This document shows positions 26,300-34,972 of a stretch of 64,000 nucleotides of DNA, piece by piece. Source of the DNA: Patescibacteria group bacterium (GTDB lineage: Bacteria > Patescibacteriota > Microgenomatia > UBA12405); assembly GCA_023380755.1 (NCBI GenBank), contig JAMCSD010000006.1, positions 188,735 through 252,734 on the forward strand, given 5' to 3'. The position numbers and the translations under genes are program-made. The notes under the pieces are model-generated. The model worked only from the letters and a program-made list of their open reading frames with translations, ran no database searches and was not told where the DNA came from. The stretch's first letter is position 1. Each line of letters opens with the position of its first letter.

Positions 26300-26328
26300 T
26301 TGACTTAAACCGCCGTTTCCACTATTCT
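26300..26328 (+). promoter_or_regulatory. Candidate sigma70-type promoter of the rarA operon
   Basis: TTGACT (26300-26305), 17-nt spacer, TATTCT (26323-26328). Confidence 0.35.
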
Positions 26329-26357
26329 TTGTATACCCGAAGAAAAACCAAACTCAT

Positions 26358-27545
26358 ATGCCTCTTCATACCACTCAACCACTCGCTGACCAACTTCGAC
26401 CCAAGAATCTTGATGAGTTCATCGGTCAACAACATTTAGTCGGTCCGGGCAAACCATTACGCCTTGCCGTCGAATCCAAAACGCTTTTTTCGATGATCTT
26501 TTGGGGCCCGCCCGGTGTTGGTAAAACTACCTTAGCCCGGATCTTAGCCAAAGAAACCGATGCAGAAATCCACGAACTTTCGGCTGTTTCCGCTGGCAAA
26601 GACGACATTAAAAAGATAGTTGGCACTAATCCCTCTCCCGGCCTGGTTAAAAAAATTTTATTTTTGGACGAAATCCATCGATTCAATAAAGCCCAGCAGG
26701 ATTTCCTGCTCCCTTATGTCGAATCGGGGATCTTAACCCTCATTGGCGCTACCACCGAAAACCCCAGTTTCGAAGTCATCGCCCCACTCTTGTCCCGTTG
26801 TCGCGTTTTTGTTTTAAATGAATTATCCCCCGACGAAATCCGCGAAGTCATCAGCCGCTGTCTCAAAACCCTCGAAACTAAAATGTCTAAAGAAGCTACT
26901 GACTGGTTGGTCAATATGGCCAACGGTGACGCCCGCCAGGCTATTACTATGATCGATAATGCTTATACCCTTTACGAAAAACTGACCATCGATACCCTCA
27001 AGTCCACCCTTCAAAATTCCTTCCTCCGTTTCGACAAAAAAGGCGAAGAGCACTACAACACTATCTCCGCTTTTATCAAATCAATGCGTGCTTCCAACGT
27101 CGATGCCGCTGTCTATTATTTAGCCCGGATGGTCGAGGCTGGTGAAGATCCCAAATTCATTGCCCGACGCATGGTCATTTTTGCCTCCGAAGACATTGGC
27201 ATTGCCAATTCTTCGGCACTTTTAGTTGCCAACGCCGTCTTTGAAGCGGTGACCAAAATCGGTTACCCCGAGTGCGCTATCAACCTGGTTCACGGTGTGG
27301 TTTATTTGGCCAAATCTCCCAAAAACCGTTCCGCTTACGATGCCCTTCAAGCCGCCCGCAAAGACGTTAAAGAACTGGGTAACCTCCCCATTCCTCTTAA
27401 TATCCGCAATGCTGTCACTGACTTAATGAAAGATATCGGTTACCACGAAGGCTATGAAATGTATCCCGAAGTGGACGACTATCTGCCCGAAAAACTCAAG
27501 GGCAAAAAGTATTTTAAGGAGATTAAAAATACAGTGAAGAAATGA
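26358..27545 (+). CDS. rarA: Replication-associated recombination protein A (AAA+ ATPase)
   Basis: LADQLRPKNLDEFIGQQHL, Walker A GPPGVGKTT, LFLDEIHRFNK, and a C-terminal MgsA-type region ARRMVIFASEDIG. Confidence 0.95.
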   Translation: MPLHTTQPLADQLRPKNLDEFIGQQHLVGPGKPLRLAVESKTLFSMIFWGPPGVGKTTLARILAKETDAEIHELSAVSAGKDDIKKIVGTNPSPGLVKKILFLDEIHRFNKAQQDFLLPYVESGILTLIGATTENPSFEVIAPLLSRCRVFVLNELSPDEIREVISRCLKTLETKMSKEATDWLVNMANGDARQAITMIDNAYTLYEKLTIDTLKSTLQNSFLRFDKKGEEHYNTISAFIKSMRASNVDAAVYYLARMVEAGEDPKFIARRMVIFASEDIGIANSSALLVANAVFEAVTKIGYPECAINLVHGVVYLAKSPKNRSAYDALQAARKDVKELGNLPIPLNIRNAVTDLMKDIGYHEGYEMYPEVDDYLPEKLKGKKYFKEIKNTVKK

Positions 27546-27862
27546 AACCCGGCGAATTTAGTAAAAATCTTTGGCGCCTCGCCCTCACCATCCCGCCGGG
27601 TCGGGTCACCACCTACGCCACCCTCTGTGTCGCCGCCGGTGGCCATCCCAGGATGGCTCAAATGGTCACCTACATTTTGGGCAAATCTCCTGATGTCGAC
27701 AAAATTCCTTGGCACCGTATAGTCTATTCCGATGGTAAAGTTTGGTTGTCACCAAAATACGACAAAATGAGACGTGAACTTTATAAAAAAGAGGGGATCG
27801 AGCTTGATGATCAAAATCGCATCAAAAACTTTGAACACATTATTTATTCATTTGACTCATGA
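27542..27862 (+). CDS. Alkyltransferase-like (ATL) protein: MGMT DNA-binding fold without the acceptor cysteine
   Basis: IPPGRVTTYATL helix-turn-helix region. PWHRIV (27707-27718) stands where active MGMT has PCHRV. About 106 aa. The ATGA overlaps the rarA stop. Confidence 0.8.
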   Translation: MKPGEFSKNLWRLALTIPPGRVTTYATLCVAAGGHPRMAQMVTYILGKSPDVDKIPWHRIVYSDGKVWLSPKYDKMRRELYKKEGIELDDQNRIKNFEHIIYSFDS

Positions 27863-28083
27863 AACACCAGCCCAAAACCCTCCATGGGGCTAACATGGAT
27901 ATTGATTTAACCAGCGCTCAAAACGTCACCTGGAAACAGGATCTTTGTCCCTGGAACGAGGCCGAAAACAGCGGCACGACCCACAAATGTGCCATCAAAA
28001 ACACCTCCATCTGCGACTACTTTTGCGGAGTCCAAGCCCCCGACAACGTTTTATGTTCATACCCTCACCAAAATGAAGACTAA
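27859..28083 (+). CDS. Small Cys-rich hypothetical protein (74 aa)
   Basis: The start overlaps the ATL stop (ATGA), and the end overlaps the next start by 11 nt. Five Cys residues (CPW, KC, SIC, YFC, LC). No known motif. Confidence 0.45.
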   Translation: MKHQPKTLHGANMDIDLTSAQNVTWKQDLCPWNEAENSGTTHKCAIKNTSICDYFCGVQAPDNVLCSYPHQNED

Positions 28084-28459
28084 AACGCTGGATGAATTAG
28101 CTCAAGACATTCTGCAATTTAACCACGCTCATGGCTGGCATCAGCACCCCCAGGACTTAGCTAAGTCCATCGTCATCGAAGCCGCCGAGCTACTGGAGCT
28201 GTTCCAATGGGATGTCACTCTGGGCCGTCTCGACAAAAATCTTCAGGGCAAAGATCTTTTGGAAATCAAAAAAGAGGCCGCCGATATCTTTTGGTACTTG
28301 CTTGAATTTTGCCACGACTCCGGCTTTGACCTTAAAGAGGCAGTCGAAATTAAGTATGCCCACAATACCAAGAAATTTCCCGTCGAAATGTTTAATGGGA
28401 AGGACAATGTTGAATTTCGGCAACACCAACACCGGTTATATCGTCAAAAGAGAAAATAA
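28073..28459 (+). CDS. MazG-like nucleoside triphosphate pyrophosphohydrolase
   Basis: I preferred the internal ATG at 28073 to the track start at 27989. Motifs EAAELLELFQW and KEAADIFWYLLEF (the EExxE/D four-helix MazG pattern), then KYAHNTKKFP. Confidence 0.75.
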   Translation: MKTKTLDELAQDILQFNHAHGWHQHPQDLAKSIVIEAAELLELFQWDVTLGRLDKNLQGKDLLEIKKEAADIFWYLLEFCHDSGFDLKEAVEIKYAHNTKKFPVEMFNGKDNVEFRQHQHRLYRQKRK

Positions 28460-28460
28460 A

Positions 28461-29201
28461 ATGACCAAAAATATTTATCATCAAGAACTCGTCATGGCAC
28501 TCAAAAAGGCCGATCCACAAGGCCCGGTTGGTGGGCTTTTTATGGCCCATTATTGCGGTTCCGATAAGCCGGCCTACAATCTTAATACCGCCGACCACAC
28601 CAAAATTATCAAAGAATTTGTCGATAGGCACGACTTTACTCCTCAGGCCGCTGTCGATCTCATCGGCTCGCTTTACATCAATGGTCAAAGTATGAACGAA
28701 ATTTTTTTTGCCGGTAATTTAGTTGGCCGTTTATTTAATAGGGATTTCGATCCGCAGCATCTCGATTCCTGGTTGAATTATGTCCATGGTTGGGCCGAAG
28801 CCGATGTTTTGTGCCAATCAAATTTCACCGACCAAGCACTTTTGGGGAATTGGCCTGCCTGGGAAAAAATCTTGACTAAATTTGTCACCGACTCCAATGT
28901 TCACAAGCGCCGTGCTAGCCTGGTCCTGTTAACCAAACCTCTACGTTTATCCCCCGATCCCCGTTTGCTCAAAATGGCCATCCGTCACGTCGACCTTTTA
29001 AAAGGGGAACGAGATATTCTTATCACCAAAGCCATCTCTTGGGCACTTCGTTCCTTAGTTTTCCAGCACCCGGAAGTTTTAGCGGAATACTTAACCAAAA
29101 ACCAAAAATCATTACCCAGTATTGCCTATCGCGAGGCTTATTCCAAGCTCACCACGGGCCGGAAATATAACCATCAGAAAAAACAAAAAGCTATTGTATA
29201 A
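28461..29201 (+). CDS. DNA alkylation repair protein (AlkD/AlkC-like HEAT-repeat glycosylase family)
   Basis: ATG at 28461, 2 nt after the upstream stop. Motifs W..YVHGWAEADVLC, VHKRRASLVLL and ITKAISWALRSL resemble the DNA_alkylation family. Confidence 0.7.
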   Translation: MTKNIYHQELVMALKKADPQGPVGGLFMAHYCGSDKPAYNLNTADHTKIIKEFVDRHDFTPQAAVDLIGSLYINGQSMNEIFFAGNLVGRLFNRDFDPQHLDSWLNYVHGWAEADVLCQSNFTDQALLGNWPAWEKILTKFVTDSNVHKRRASLVLLTKPLRLSPDPRLLKMAIRHVDLLKGERDILITKAISWALRSLVFQHPEVLAEYLTKNQKSLPSIAYREAYSKLTTGRKYNHQKKQKAIV

Positions 29202-29208
29202 ATAAAGG

Positions 29209-29652
29209 GTGAAGGATCTGATCTACGACGCCGTCAAAGATTCCACTAGTTTGCCTGACCTTGCCAAGAAACTTATCGCTTACCTTAAAAAATTTTCCCA
29301 CAATGGAGCGACCCCTATTGGATTTGTGGCCGGGATCATCAACTCGGACGGCCCCGATCTGGTAGAGAAAAATAAACAGCGACTCGCCTCTTTTACCCAA
29401 CAAATTTGCACCCAAGTCTCTTTTCCGGTCTTTTCTTGTCTTGACGTTTACGAAGGTGAGCTTCGTCAGATTATTACTGCCTCTGGGGCCACCCATAATG
29501 ATTACCTTCTATTCTGGCGCCAGGTTTTGGAATCTGGTTTTATTACCGACCTCTTTTTAACCCCCGGCTGGGAACGCTCCCGTGGAGTCCAAGATGAATA
29601 TGAAACCGCCAAAAGCATGGTCATTAATATTCACAAATTAACTTGCTCCTGA
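29209..29652 (+). CDS. DUF4406 / nucleoside 2-deoxyribosyltransferase-like protein
   Basis: GTG start. GFVAGIINSDGP and LTPGWERSRGVQDEYETAK match the G..s.Ga..E...A pattern of this fold. Confidence 0.55.
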   Translation: MKDLIYDAVKDSTSLPDLAKKLIAYLKKFSHNGATPIGFVAGIINSDGPDLVEKNKQRLASFTQQICTQVSFPVFSCLDVYEGELRQIITASGATHNDYLLFWRQVLESGFITDLFLTPGWERSRGVQDEYETAKSMVINIHKLTCS

Positions 29653-29667
29653 AATTTTTTTAACTAC

Positions 29668-29676
29668 TGTTACAAT
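29668..29676 (+). promoter_or_regulatory. Extended -10 element TGtTACAAT 8 nt upstream of the ATG at 29685; candidate leaderless promoter
   Basis: TG at 29668-29669, TACAAT at 29671-29676. Confidence 0.5.
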
Positions 29677-29684
29677 AGTTGTGC

Positions 29685-31361
29685 ATGGAGAAAGTCTTTA
29701 CTATTAAGTTAGCCGGCCCCGCCGGCTTAGGTATCAAGTCTGGCGGTCAGCTCTTATCCCAAATCCTGATTGCCCATGGTTTTAGCGTCCACGACTATAA
29801 CGAATACCCCTCGCTTGTCCGCGGCGGCCATAATACTTATCAAGTTACATTTACTACCGGCGAGCTTTTCGCGCCCCATCATACTGTCGATCTCTTCTTT
29901 TCCATTACCCCCGGCCACTGGCAGCAGCATCTTAAAGAATTTACCCCCAATACCCTCATAGCCGCTGACGAGAAAGTGGCGGCTGCTCCGACTACCGGCC
30001 ACCTGGAATCTGTTCCCCTCAAGGACATGAGTATTGAAGTGGGCACGGTCATCGTCACCAATACCATCTGTGTCGGCCTCGCTGCATTTTTATTCCACCT
30101 TGACCCCGAGATCTGTCATGCTCAAATCACCCAACAGTTTGGTAAAAATGCTGAAATGAATATAAAGGCCTTTGATGCCGGTTGGGTTTATGCTCAAAAG
30201 CATCTCTCTGCCTATCTTCAAAGTGTTAATCCGCCTAAGGGTGTTGCCAATCGTAAGCTGGTCGATGGCAATGAAGCCTATGGGTGGGGTTTTATTCAAG
30301 GAGGCGGCAATTTTTATTCCGCCTATCCTATGACTCCGGCCACCGGCGCTTTGCACTTCTTGGCCGCTAAACAGCAAGAATATAAATTACATGTAGTCCA
30401 CGCCGAAGATGAGATTGGCGTCGCCTCCATTGCTTCCGGAGCGGCTTTTGCTGGCGCCCGGGCGGCTGTTGGCACCTCTGGCGGCGGTTTTGCCCTGATG
30501 AACGAAACTATCAGTTACTGCGGTGTCACCGAAATAGGCATGGTTTTTTATTTGGTTTCCCGTCCTGGGCCGGCCACTGGTTTGCCGACCTATACCTCCC
30601 AGGGTGATTTGCTTTATGCCATCAACTCAGGCCATGGTGAATTTCCCAAAATTGTTTTAGCCCCCAGCTCACAACTCGAGTCCTTCGAATTTTCAGCCCT
30701 TTCTTTGGATCTGGCCGCTGCTTACCAATTACCGGTGTTAGTTGTTAGTGATAAATTTTTAGCTGAATCCGCCGTCTCTCTGGAAGACCTTTCCCAAAAG
30801 AAAGTTACCCCATTAAGTGTGGAGGTCGTCAAAGAAGGGGATGGCCATTTTAAGCGTTATGCCCTAACCCCCACTGGCGTTTCCCCGGTGGCTCTTCCCG
30901 GTACCAAGGGCGCTGAATTTATTGCCAATAGTTATGAACATGATGAGTATGGTTATTCTGCCGAAGACAGTGAGACTACTGTGGCCCAACTGGAAAAAAG
31001 GCATCGCAAACTCGACTCGGCCAAACCCAATTTACCCAAAGCTGTCCTCCATGGTTCTCCCAAAGCCACCAAACTCATCGTTTGTTGGGGCTCGGTGGCC
31101 GGCCCGGTCTTGGAAGCCCTGCGCCTGCTTCCTGCAGGTCATCCTTATGCTGCTTTGGTTGTCCGCACCGTTTGGCCGATAGATCCCGAAATCGAGGCTC
31201 TTACCAAAAACTACCCAGAAATTATTACCGTCGAAAATAACCAAACAGCCCAATTAACCACGGTCCTCAGGTCCCAAATCAATTTTCATCCCACTCGGGT
31301 AATTACCAAATTTGATGGTCGACCCTTTTATCCTGAAGAATTAATAAAGGAGTTTACTTAA
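29685..31361 (+). CDS. 2-oxoacid:ferredoxin oxidoreductase, fused gamma-alpha subunit
   Basis: N-terminal gamma-like region KLAGPAGLGIKSGGQLL, then an alpha domain (GNEAYGWGFIQGG, YPMTPAT, VHAEDEIGVAS). The start could be TTG at 29679 or ATG at 29685. Confidence 0.9.
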   Translation: MEKVFTIKLAGPAGLGIKSGGQLLSQILIAHGFSVHDYNEYPSLVRGGHNTYQVTFTTGELFAPHHTVDLFFSITPGHWQQHLKEFTPNTLIAADEKVAAAPTTGHLESVPLKDMSIEVGTVIVTNTICVGLAAFLFHLDPEICHAQITQQFGKNAEMNIKAFDAGWVYAQKHLSAYLQSVNPPKGVANRKLVDGNEAYGWGFIQGGGNFYSAYPMTPATGALHFLAAKQQEYKLHVVHAEDEIGVASIASGAAFAGARAAVGTSGGGFALMNETISYCGVTEIGMVFYLVSRPGPATGLPTYTSQGDLLYAINSGHGEFPKIVLAPSSQLESFEFSALSLDLAAAYQLPVLVVSDKFLAESAVSLEDLSQKKVTPLSVEVVKEGDGHFKRYALTPTGVSPVALPGTKGAEFIANSYEHDEYGYSAEDSETTVAQLEKRHRKLDSAKPNLPKAVLHGSPKATKLIVCWGSVAGPVLEALRLLPAGHPYAALVVRTVWPIDPEIEALTKNYPEIITVENNQTAQLTTVLRSQINFHPTRVITKFDGRPFYPEELIKEFT

Positions 31362-31362
31362 T

Positions 31363-31989
31363 ATGACTACTATTGCCGAATTACGCACTCCCCACGCTCC
31401 CACCTGGTGTCCCGGATGTGATGATTTTTTGCTGCTTGCCGGATTGCAGCAAGCCCTGGCTGCCTCGGCAATTCCCACCGAAAAAACCGTCATTGTCTAT
31501 GATATTGGTTGTGCTGGGAACATGGCTGATTTTGTACACACCTACGCCGTCCATTCGCTTCATGGCCGCTCGATAGCCGTGGCTATGGGAATTAAGCTTT
31601 TCCGTCCTGATTTAACCGTCATTGTCATTGGCGGTGATGGGGGGATTTATGGCGAAGGCCTAAACCACCTGGTGGCCGCCGCCCGGGCTAATAGCGACAT
31701 CAAAGTATTTGTTTCCAACAATTATCTTTATAGCTTAACCACCGGCCAAACTAGCCCCACTACTCCCAAAGGTGCTAAAACTAAATCTACTCCCTTAGGC
31801 GTCACTAATGAGCCTTTAGTGGCCTCCCGGTTTATCCCCGCCATTAACGACCAGGTCTGGGTCCAAAAAGTCTCTGCCAAAAACATCGCTGAACTAAATG
31901 GCGAAATTAAAGAAGCCTTAAATCACCAAGGCTTTGCCCTGCTCGATGTTGACGAAAATTGTGTCTCCTTTGGCAAACAATTGCGTTAA
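31363..31989 (+). CDS. 2-oxoacid:ferredoxin oxidoreductase beta (TPP-binding) subunit, short form
   Basis: WCPGCDDF, DIGCAGN, GGDGGIYGEG, NNYLYSLTTGQ. Only 208 aa. Confidence 0.9.
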   Translation: MTTIAELRTPHAPTWCPGCDDFLLLAGLQQALAASAIPTEKTVIVYDIGCAGNMADFVHTYAVHSLHGRSIAVAMGIKLFRPDLTVIVIGGDGGIYGEGLNHLVAAARANSDIKVFVSNNYLYSLTTGQTSPTTPKGAKTKSTPLGVTNEPLVASRFIPAINDQVWVQKVSAKNIAELNGEIKEALNHQGFALLDVDENCVSFGKQLR

Positions 31990-32055
31990 GACTAACTCCT
32001 AACCTCCCACGAAATTAGCAATCATTTGGCTTTTTTGCTATCATTAGCCATAAGG

Positions 32056-32823
32056 ATGAGCCAAATACCACTCAAAACCGAAGAACAAATTGCCGGGATT
32101 CGTCGATCTTCCCGCTTAGCCGCTGAAACTCTGAAATTTACTGCCGGCTTGCTTAATCCCGGCGTATCCACTCTAATGCTTAATGATGCTGCCCACGAGT
32201 TTATCGTCAGTCACCATGCCACCCCCGCTCCCCTGGGCTACAATGGCTATCCCAAAAGTATTTGTACCTCTGTCAACAATATTGTCTGCCATGGCATCCC
32301 CTCAGCAAATCAAATTCTGAGGAATGGAGATATTATTAATATCGATATCACGACCGTTCTCGACAGTTATTATGGTGATGTCTCCGCCACCTACCCTGTC
32401 GGGGAAGTCAGTGAAAAAGCCTCCAAACTAATTTCCCGTACCCGGCAGGCCCTGGAGTTAGCCATTAAAGAATTATCTCCCGGTAAGTACCTAAATGCTT
32501 GTGTCGGCCAGACCATAGAAAAATACCTTGCTCCCTTTAACTACGGTATCGTTCGACTGCTTGGTGGTCATGGCGTCGGGCTCCGCTTTCACGAGGAGCC
32601 ATTTGTTTATCATTTCGATACTCATCAGGACGATGTCCTTCTTCAGCCGGGAATGATCTTTACCATTGAGCCTATGGTCAATTCCTCCCCCAACTGGGAT
32701 GTGGTCATCGACAAAAAGGACGGCTGGACGGTCCGTACCGTTGATGGCGCCCTATCTTGCCAATTTGAACACACCGTTCTGATTACTCCTACTGGTCACG
32801 AGATTTTAACTAAGTTAGACTAA
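32056..32823 (+). CDS. map: Type I methionine aminopeptidase
   Basis: ATG at 32056 with an AAGG Shine-Dalgarno sequence. Motifs VCHGIP, DIINIDIT, GHGVG, FTIEPM, QFEHTVLIT. Confidence 0.95.
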   Translation: MSQIPLKTEEQIAGIRRSSRLAAETLKFTAGLLNPGVSTLMLNDAAHEFIVSHHATPAPLGYNGYPKSICTSVNNIVCHGIPSANQILRNGDIINIDITTVLDSYYGDVSATYPVGEVSEKASKLISRTRQALELAIKELSPGKYLNACVGQTIEKYLAPFNYGIVRLLGGHGVGLRFHEEPFVYHFDTHQDDVLLQPGMIFTIEPMVNSSPNWDVVIDKKDGWTVRTVDGALSCQFEHTVLITPTGHEILTKLD

Positions 32824-32827
32824 GCAC

Positions 32828-33700
32828 ATGATTCTTCTTGATGGCCGGGCCACTTCCCAAACACTGCTCTCCGAAATTAAATCCCAAGTTGCCAAGTTGC
32901 CAATCACCCCTCGTCTCGACATTATTCTTGTCGGGAATGACCCTGCCTCCTTAAAATATGTTGCTTTAAAGCAAAAGAAAGCTGCTGAGGTTGGCATTAA
33001 AGGCGAGATCGTCCAACTTCCAGCCGCCGCCACCTCCGCTGATGTTCTCCGCCGAGTCCATGAATTAAATACTAACCCCGATGTCACCGCCTTTATGATC
33101 CAACTCCCTTTGCCCAAATCCATCACCCCCACTCCGGTTCTTACGGCCATTGCTCCCGAAAAAGATGCTGACGGCCTCCACCCTCTTAATCTCGGTCGTT
33201 TATTTGTTAGCGACCCGACGGCGTTAGCCGCGGCCACACCCTTAGGGATTATCAAACTTTTAGAAGCCTACCACCTTCAATTTGAAGGCCAACAGGTTGT
33301 AATTATCGGCCGTAGTCCTATCATCGGCTTACCTCTTTTTGCCCTTTGCAATCAGCGAAATGCTACCGTCACTCTCTGCCATTCCCACACCAAGAATTTA
33401 ACTGAAATTTGTTCCCAGGCGGACATTTTAGTGACGGCTGTCGGTCGGCCCAACTTTGTTACCGCGGATATGGTCAAGGAAGGGGCTGTGGTCGTTGACA
33501 TCGGCACTAACTACGATACTGCCGGGCATCTGTGCGGTGATGTCGATTTTACCTCTGTTTCCTCCAAAGCCTCCTATATTACTCCCGTTCCCGGCGGTGT
33601 TGGCCCGATGACGGTGGCAACTTTGTTGTATAATACCTTTAAAATAGCTCAATCTAATTATGACCCAAGAGATGCTCGACCGTCTACTTCAAGTCATTGA
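32828..33700 (+). CDS. folD: Bifunctional methylenetetrahydrofolate dehydrogenase/cyclohydrolase
   Basis: ILLDGRATS, DPASLKYV, QLPLP, DADGLHPLNLG, VIIGRSPIIGLP, PVPGGVGPMTVA. Confidence 0.95.
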   Translation: MILLDGRATSQTLLSEIKSQVAKLPITPRLDIILVGNDPASLKYVALKQKKAAEVGIKGEIVQLPAAATSADVLRRVHELNTNPDVTAFMIQLPLPKSITPTPVLTAIAPEKDADGLHPLNLGRLFVSDPTALAAATPLGIIKLLEAYHLQFEGQQVVIIGRSPIIGLPLFALCNQRNATVTLCHSHTKNLTEICSQADILVTAVGRPNFVTADMVKEGAVVVDIGTNYDTAGHLCGDVDFTSVSSKASYITPVPGGVGPMTVATLLYNTFKIAQSNYDPRDARPSTSSH

Positions 33701-33998
33701 CCAAGCTCAATTTGTTTACCTCGATGAAGATCGGCCACTATTTCCCCGCGACCCTGAGGCAATGATTGACAATCTTCGTTTATCCCAACTAAGAGGTGCC
33801 GCCGTTGCCATTGACCATAGTCAGGAACGGGAGTTAATTACCCCCGCCGAAGCCTTGATAGCCCACAGTCATCTTCAGCAGGCTCTGGATTACGCCGCTT
33901 CGGTCAGAAATTCCCCCGAATCCCAGCCCTCCCCTGCCAAAACTGAAACTCCCCGTCCCCATCGGACCCTTTCTCCCAGACCGCTCAGAACCCGTTGA
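33660..33998 (+). CDS. Hypothetical protein
   Basis: 112-aa ORF overlapping the folD 3' end by 41 nt, with a Pro/Arg-rich tail. No motif recognised. Confidence 0.4.
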   Translation: MTQEMLDRLLQVIDQAQFVYLDEDRPLFPRDPEAMIDNLRLSQLRGAAVAIDHSQERELITPAEALIAHSHLQQALDYAASVRNSPESQPSPAKTETPRPHRTLSPRPLRTR

Positions 33999-34018
33999 CG
34001 TTACAATTTAAAACAACT

Positions 34019-34261
34019 ATGCGCCTCCAACTTTATGATCGTGGCACTCCCCAAGGCAAAAAGCTCTTTGCTGATTTAGAAACAGTCTGCCGCCGCCTCC
34101 AGATCGATTTTGATCCCGAATACATCAAAGATATGAGCCGGGTTTATGCTCAGGGAATTCAAGGCCGAACCGTCTTAATGATTGATGGTGACGTTGTCTT
34201 TGTTGACCGTTACCCGGATATTCGTGAACTGGAGAACATTATTTCAGACTATCTGAAATAA
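34019..34261 (+). CDS. Thioredoxin-fold (Thioredoxin_3-like) small protein lacking the CxxC pair
   Basis: ATG at 34019. The layout MRLQLY....(no CxxC)...LMIDGDVVFVDRYPDIRELENI resembles small redox-active disulfide proteins, but no cysteine pair is present. Confidence 0.4.
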   Translation: MRLQLYDRGTPQGKKLFADLETVCRRLQIDFDPEYIKDMSRVYAQGIQGRTVLMIDGDVVFVDRYPDIRELENIISDYLK

Positions 34262-34972
34262 TCTCTGAGCGTTGTCATCAATAATCCTTTCGGTTTCCTC
34301 AAAACTCATTTGCCAAATTTCAGCCACTTTTCGGTAAACATATAGCACCCAATCCGGTTTGTTTTTTTCTCCGCGGTAAGGCAGGGGAGTGAGTAATGGG
34401 CTGTCAGTTTCTAAAACTAGCCTGTCTTTAGGAATACTTTTTACGACTCCTGCCAGGCCCTCTTCATAAGTGACGTTGCCATCAATACCCATAAACCAGC
34501 GCTCCCCCAGGTCGGTTATTTTTGGGATCCGTTTCCGGCCCCCCGAATAACAATGAAACACCCCTCCCACAATTTTGGCGTACTCATTTAAAATTACCAC
34601 CGTTTCGTCAACCGCCTTACGGGCATGGATGATTAATGGTTTTCGGTAGGTTATGGCTAATTCAATTTGGGCTCGAAACTTTCGTTCCTGCTCTTTAAAG
34701 TTAAACTCATGCGAAAAGTCCAGGCCGCATTCTCCCACGGCCACAATTCCGGGATTGTTTTGCAGTAAATCCTCTAATCGGGTTTCATCAAAAATAATTT
34801 CTTGAGGGTGGACACCGACTGCTGCCGATAGGGTTCCCGGAAACTGGCTGGCTAGGTCGATGTTTTCTTCGGAATCCTCCAGGGTACTTCCGGCCAGAAT
34901 TACCCGGCTGATTGCGGGCAGTTCAAACTTCTCGTTTAGTCGTTTGGTCAGGTGAGCATGGGTGTCGATCAT
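34244..34972 (-). CDS. TatD-family metal-dependent hydrolase
   Basis: MIDTHAHL, GECGLD, IIHARKA, FHCYSG, LETDSP. Confidence 0.9.
   Translation of the reverse strand: MIDTHAHLTKRLNEKFELPAISRVILAGSTLEDSEENIDLASQFPGTLSAAVGVHPQEIIFDETRLEDLLQNNPGIVAVGECGLDFSHEFNFKEQERKFRAQIELAITYRKPLIIHARKAVDETVVILNEYAKIVGGVFHCYSGGRKRIPKITDLGERWFMGIDGNVTYEEGLAGVVKSIPKDRLVLETDSPLLTPLPYRGEKNKPDWVLYVYRKVAEIWQMSFEETERIIDDNAQRLFQIV

Noticed and set aside
27989-28460. Track ORF starts at 27989 (MazG-like) and 28212 (AlkD-like), which give long N-terminal extensions
   Set aside because: The extensions overlap upstream genes in other frames and are Pro/Ser/Thr-rich. The internal ATGs at 28073 and 28461 give proteins that begin where the family similarity begins, and they fit the overlap-coupled operon layout.
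32815-33255. 146-aa minus-strand ORF antisense to folD
   Set aside because: folD is unambiguous on the plus strand across this interval. The antisense ORF has Arg/Ser/Ala-biased shadow composition.
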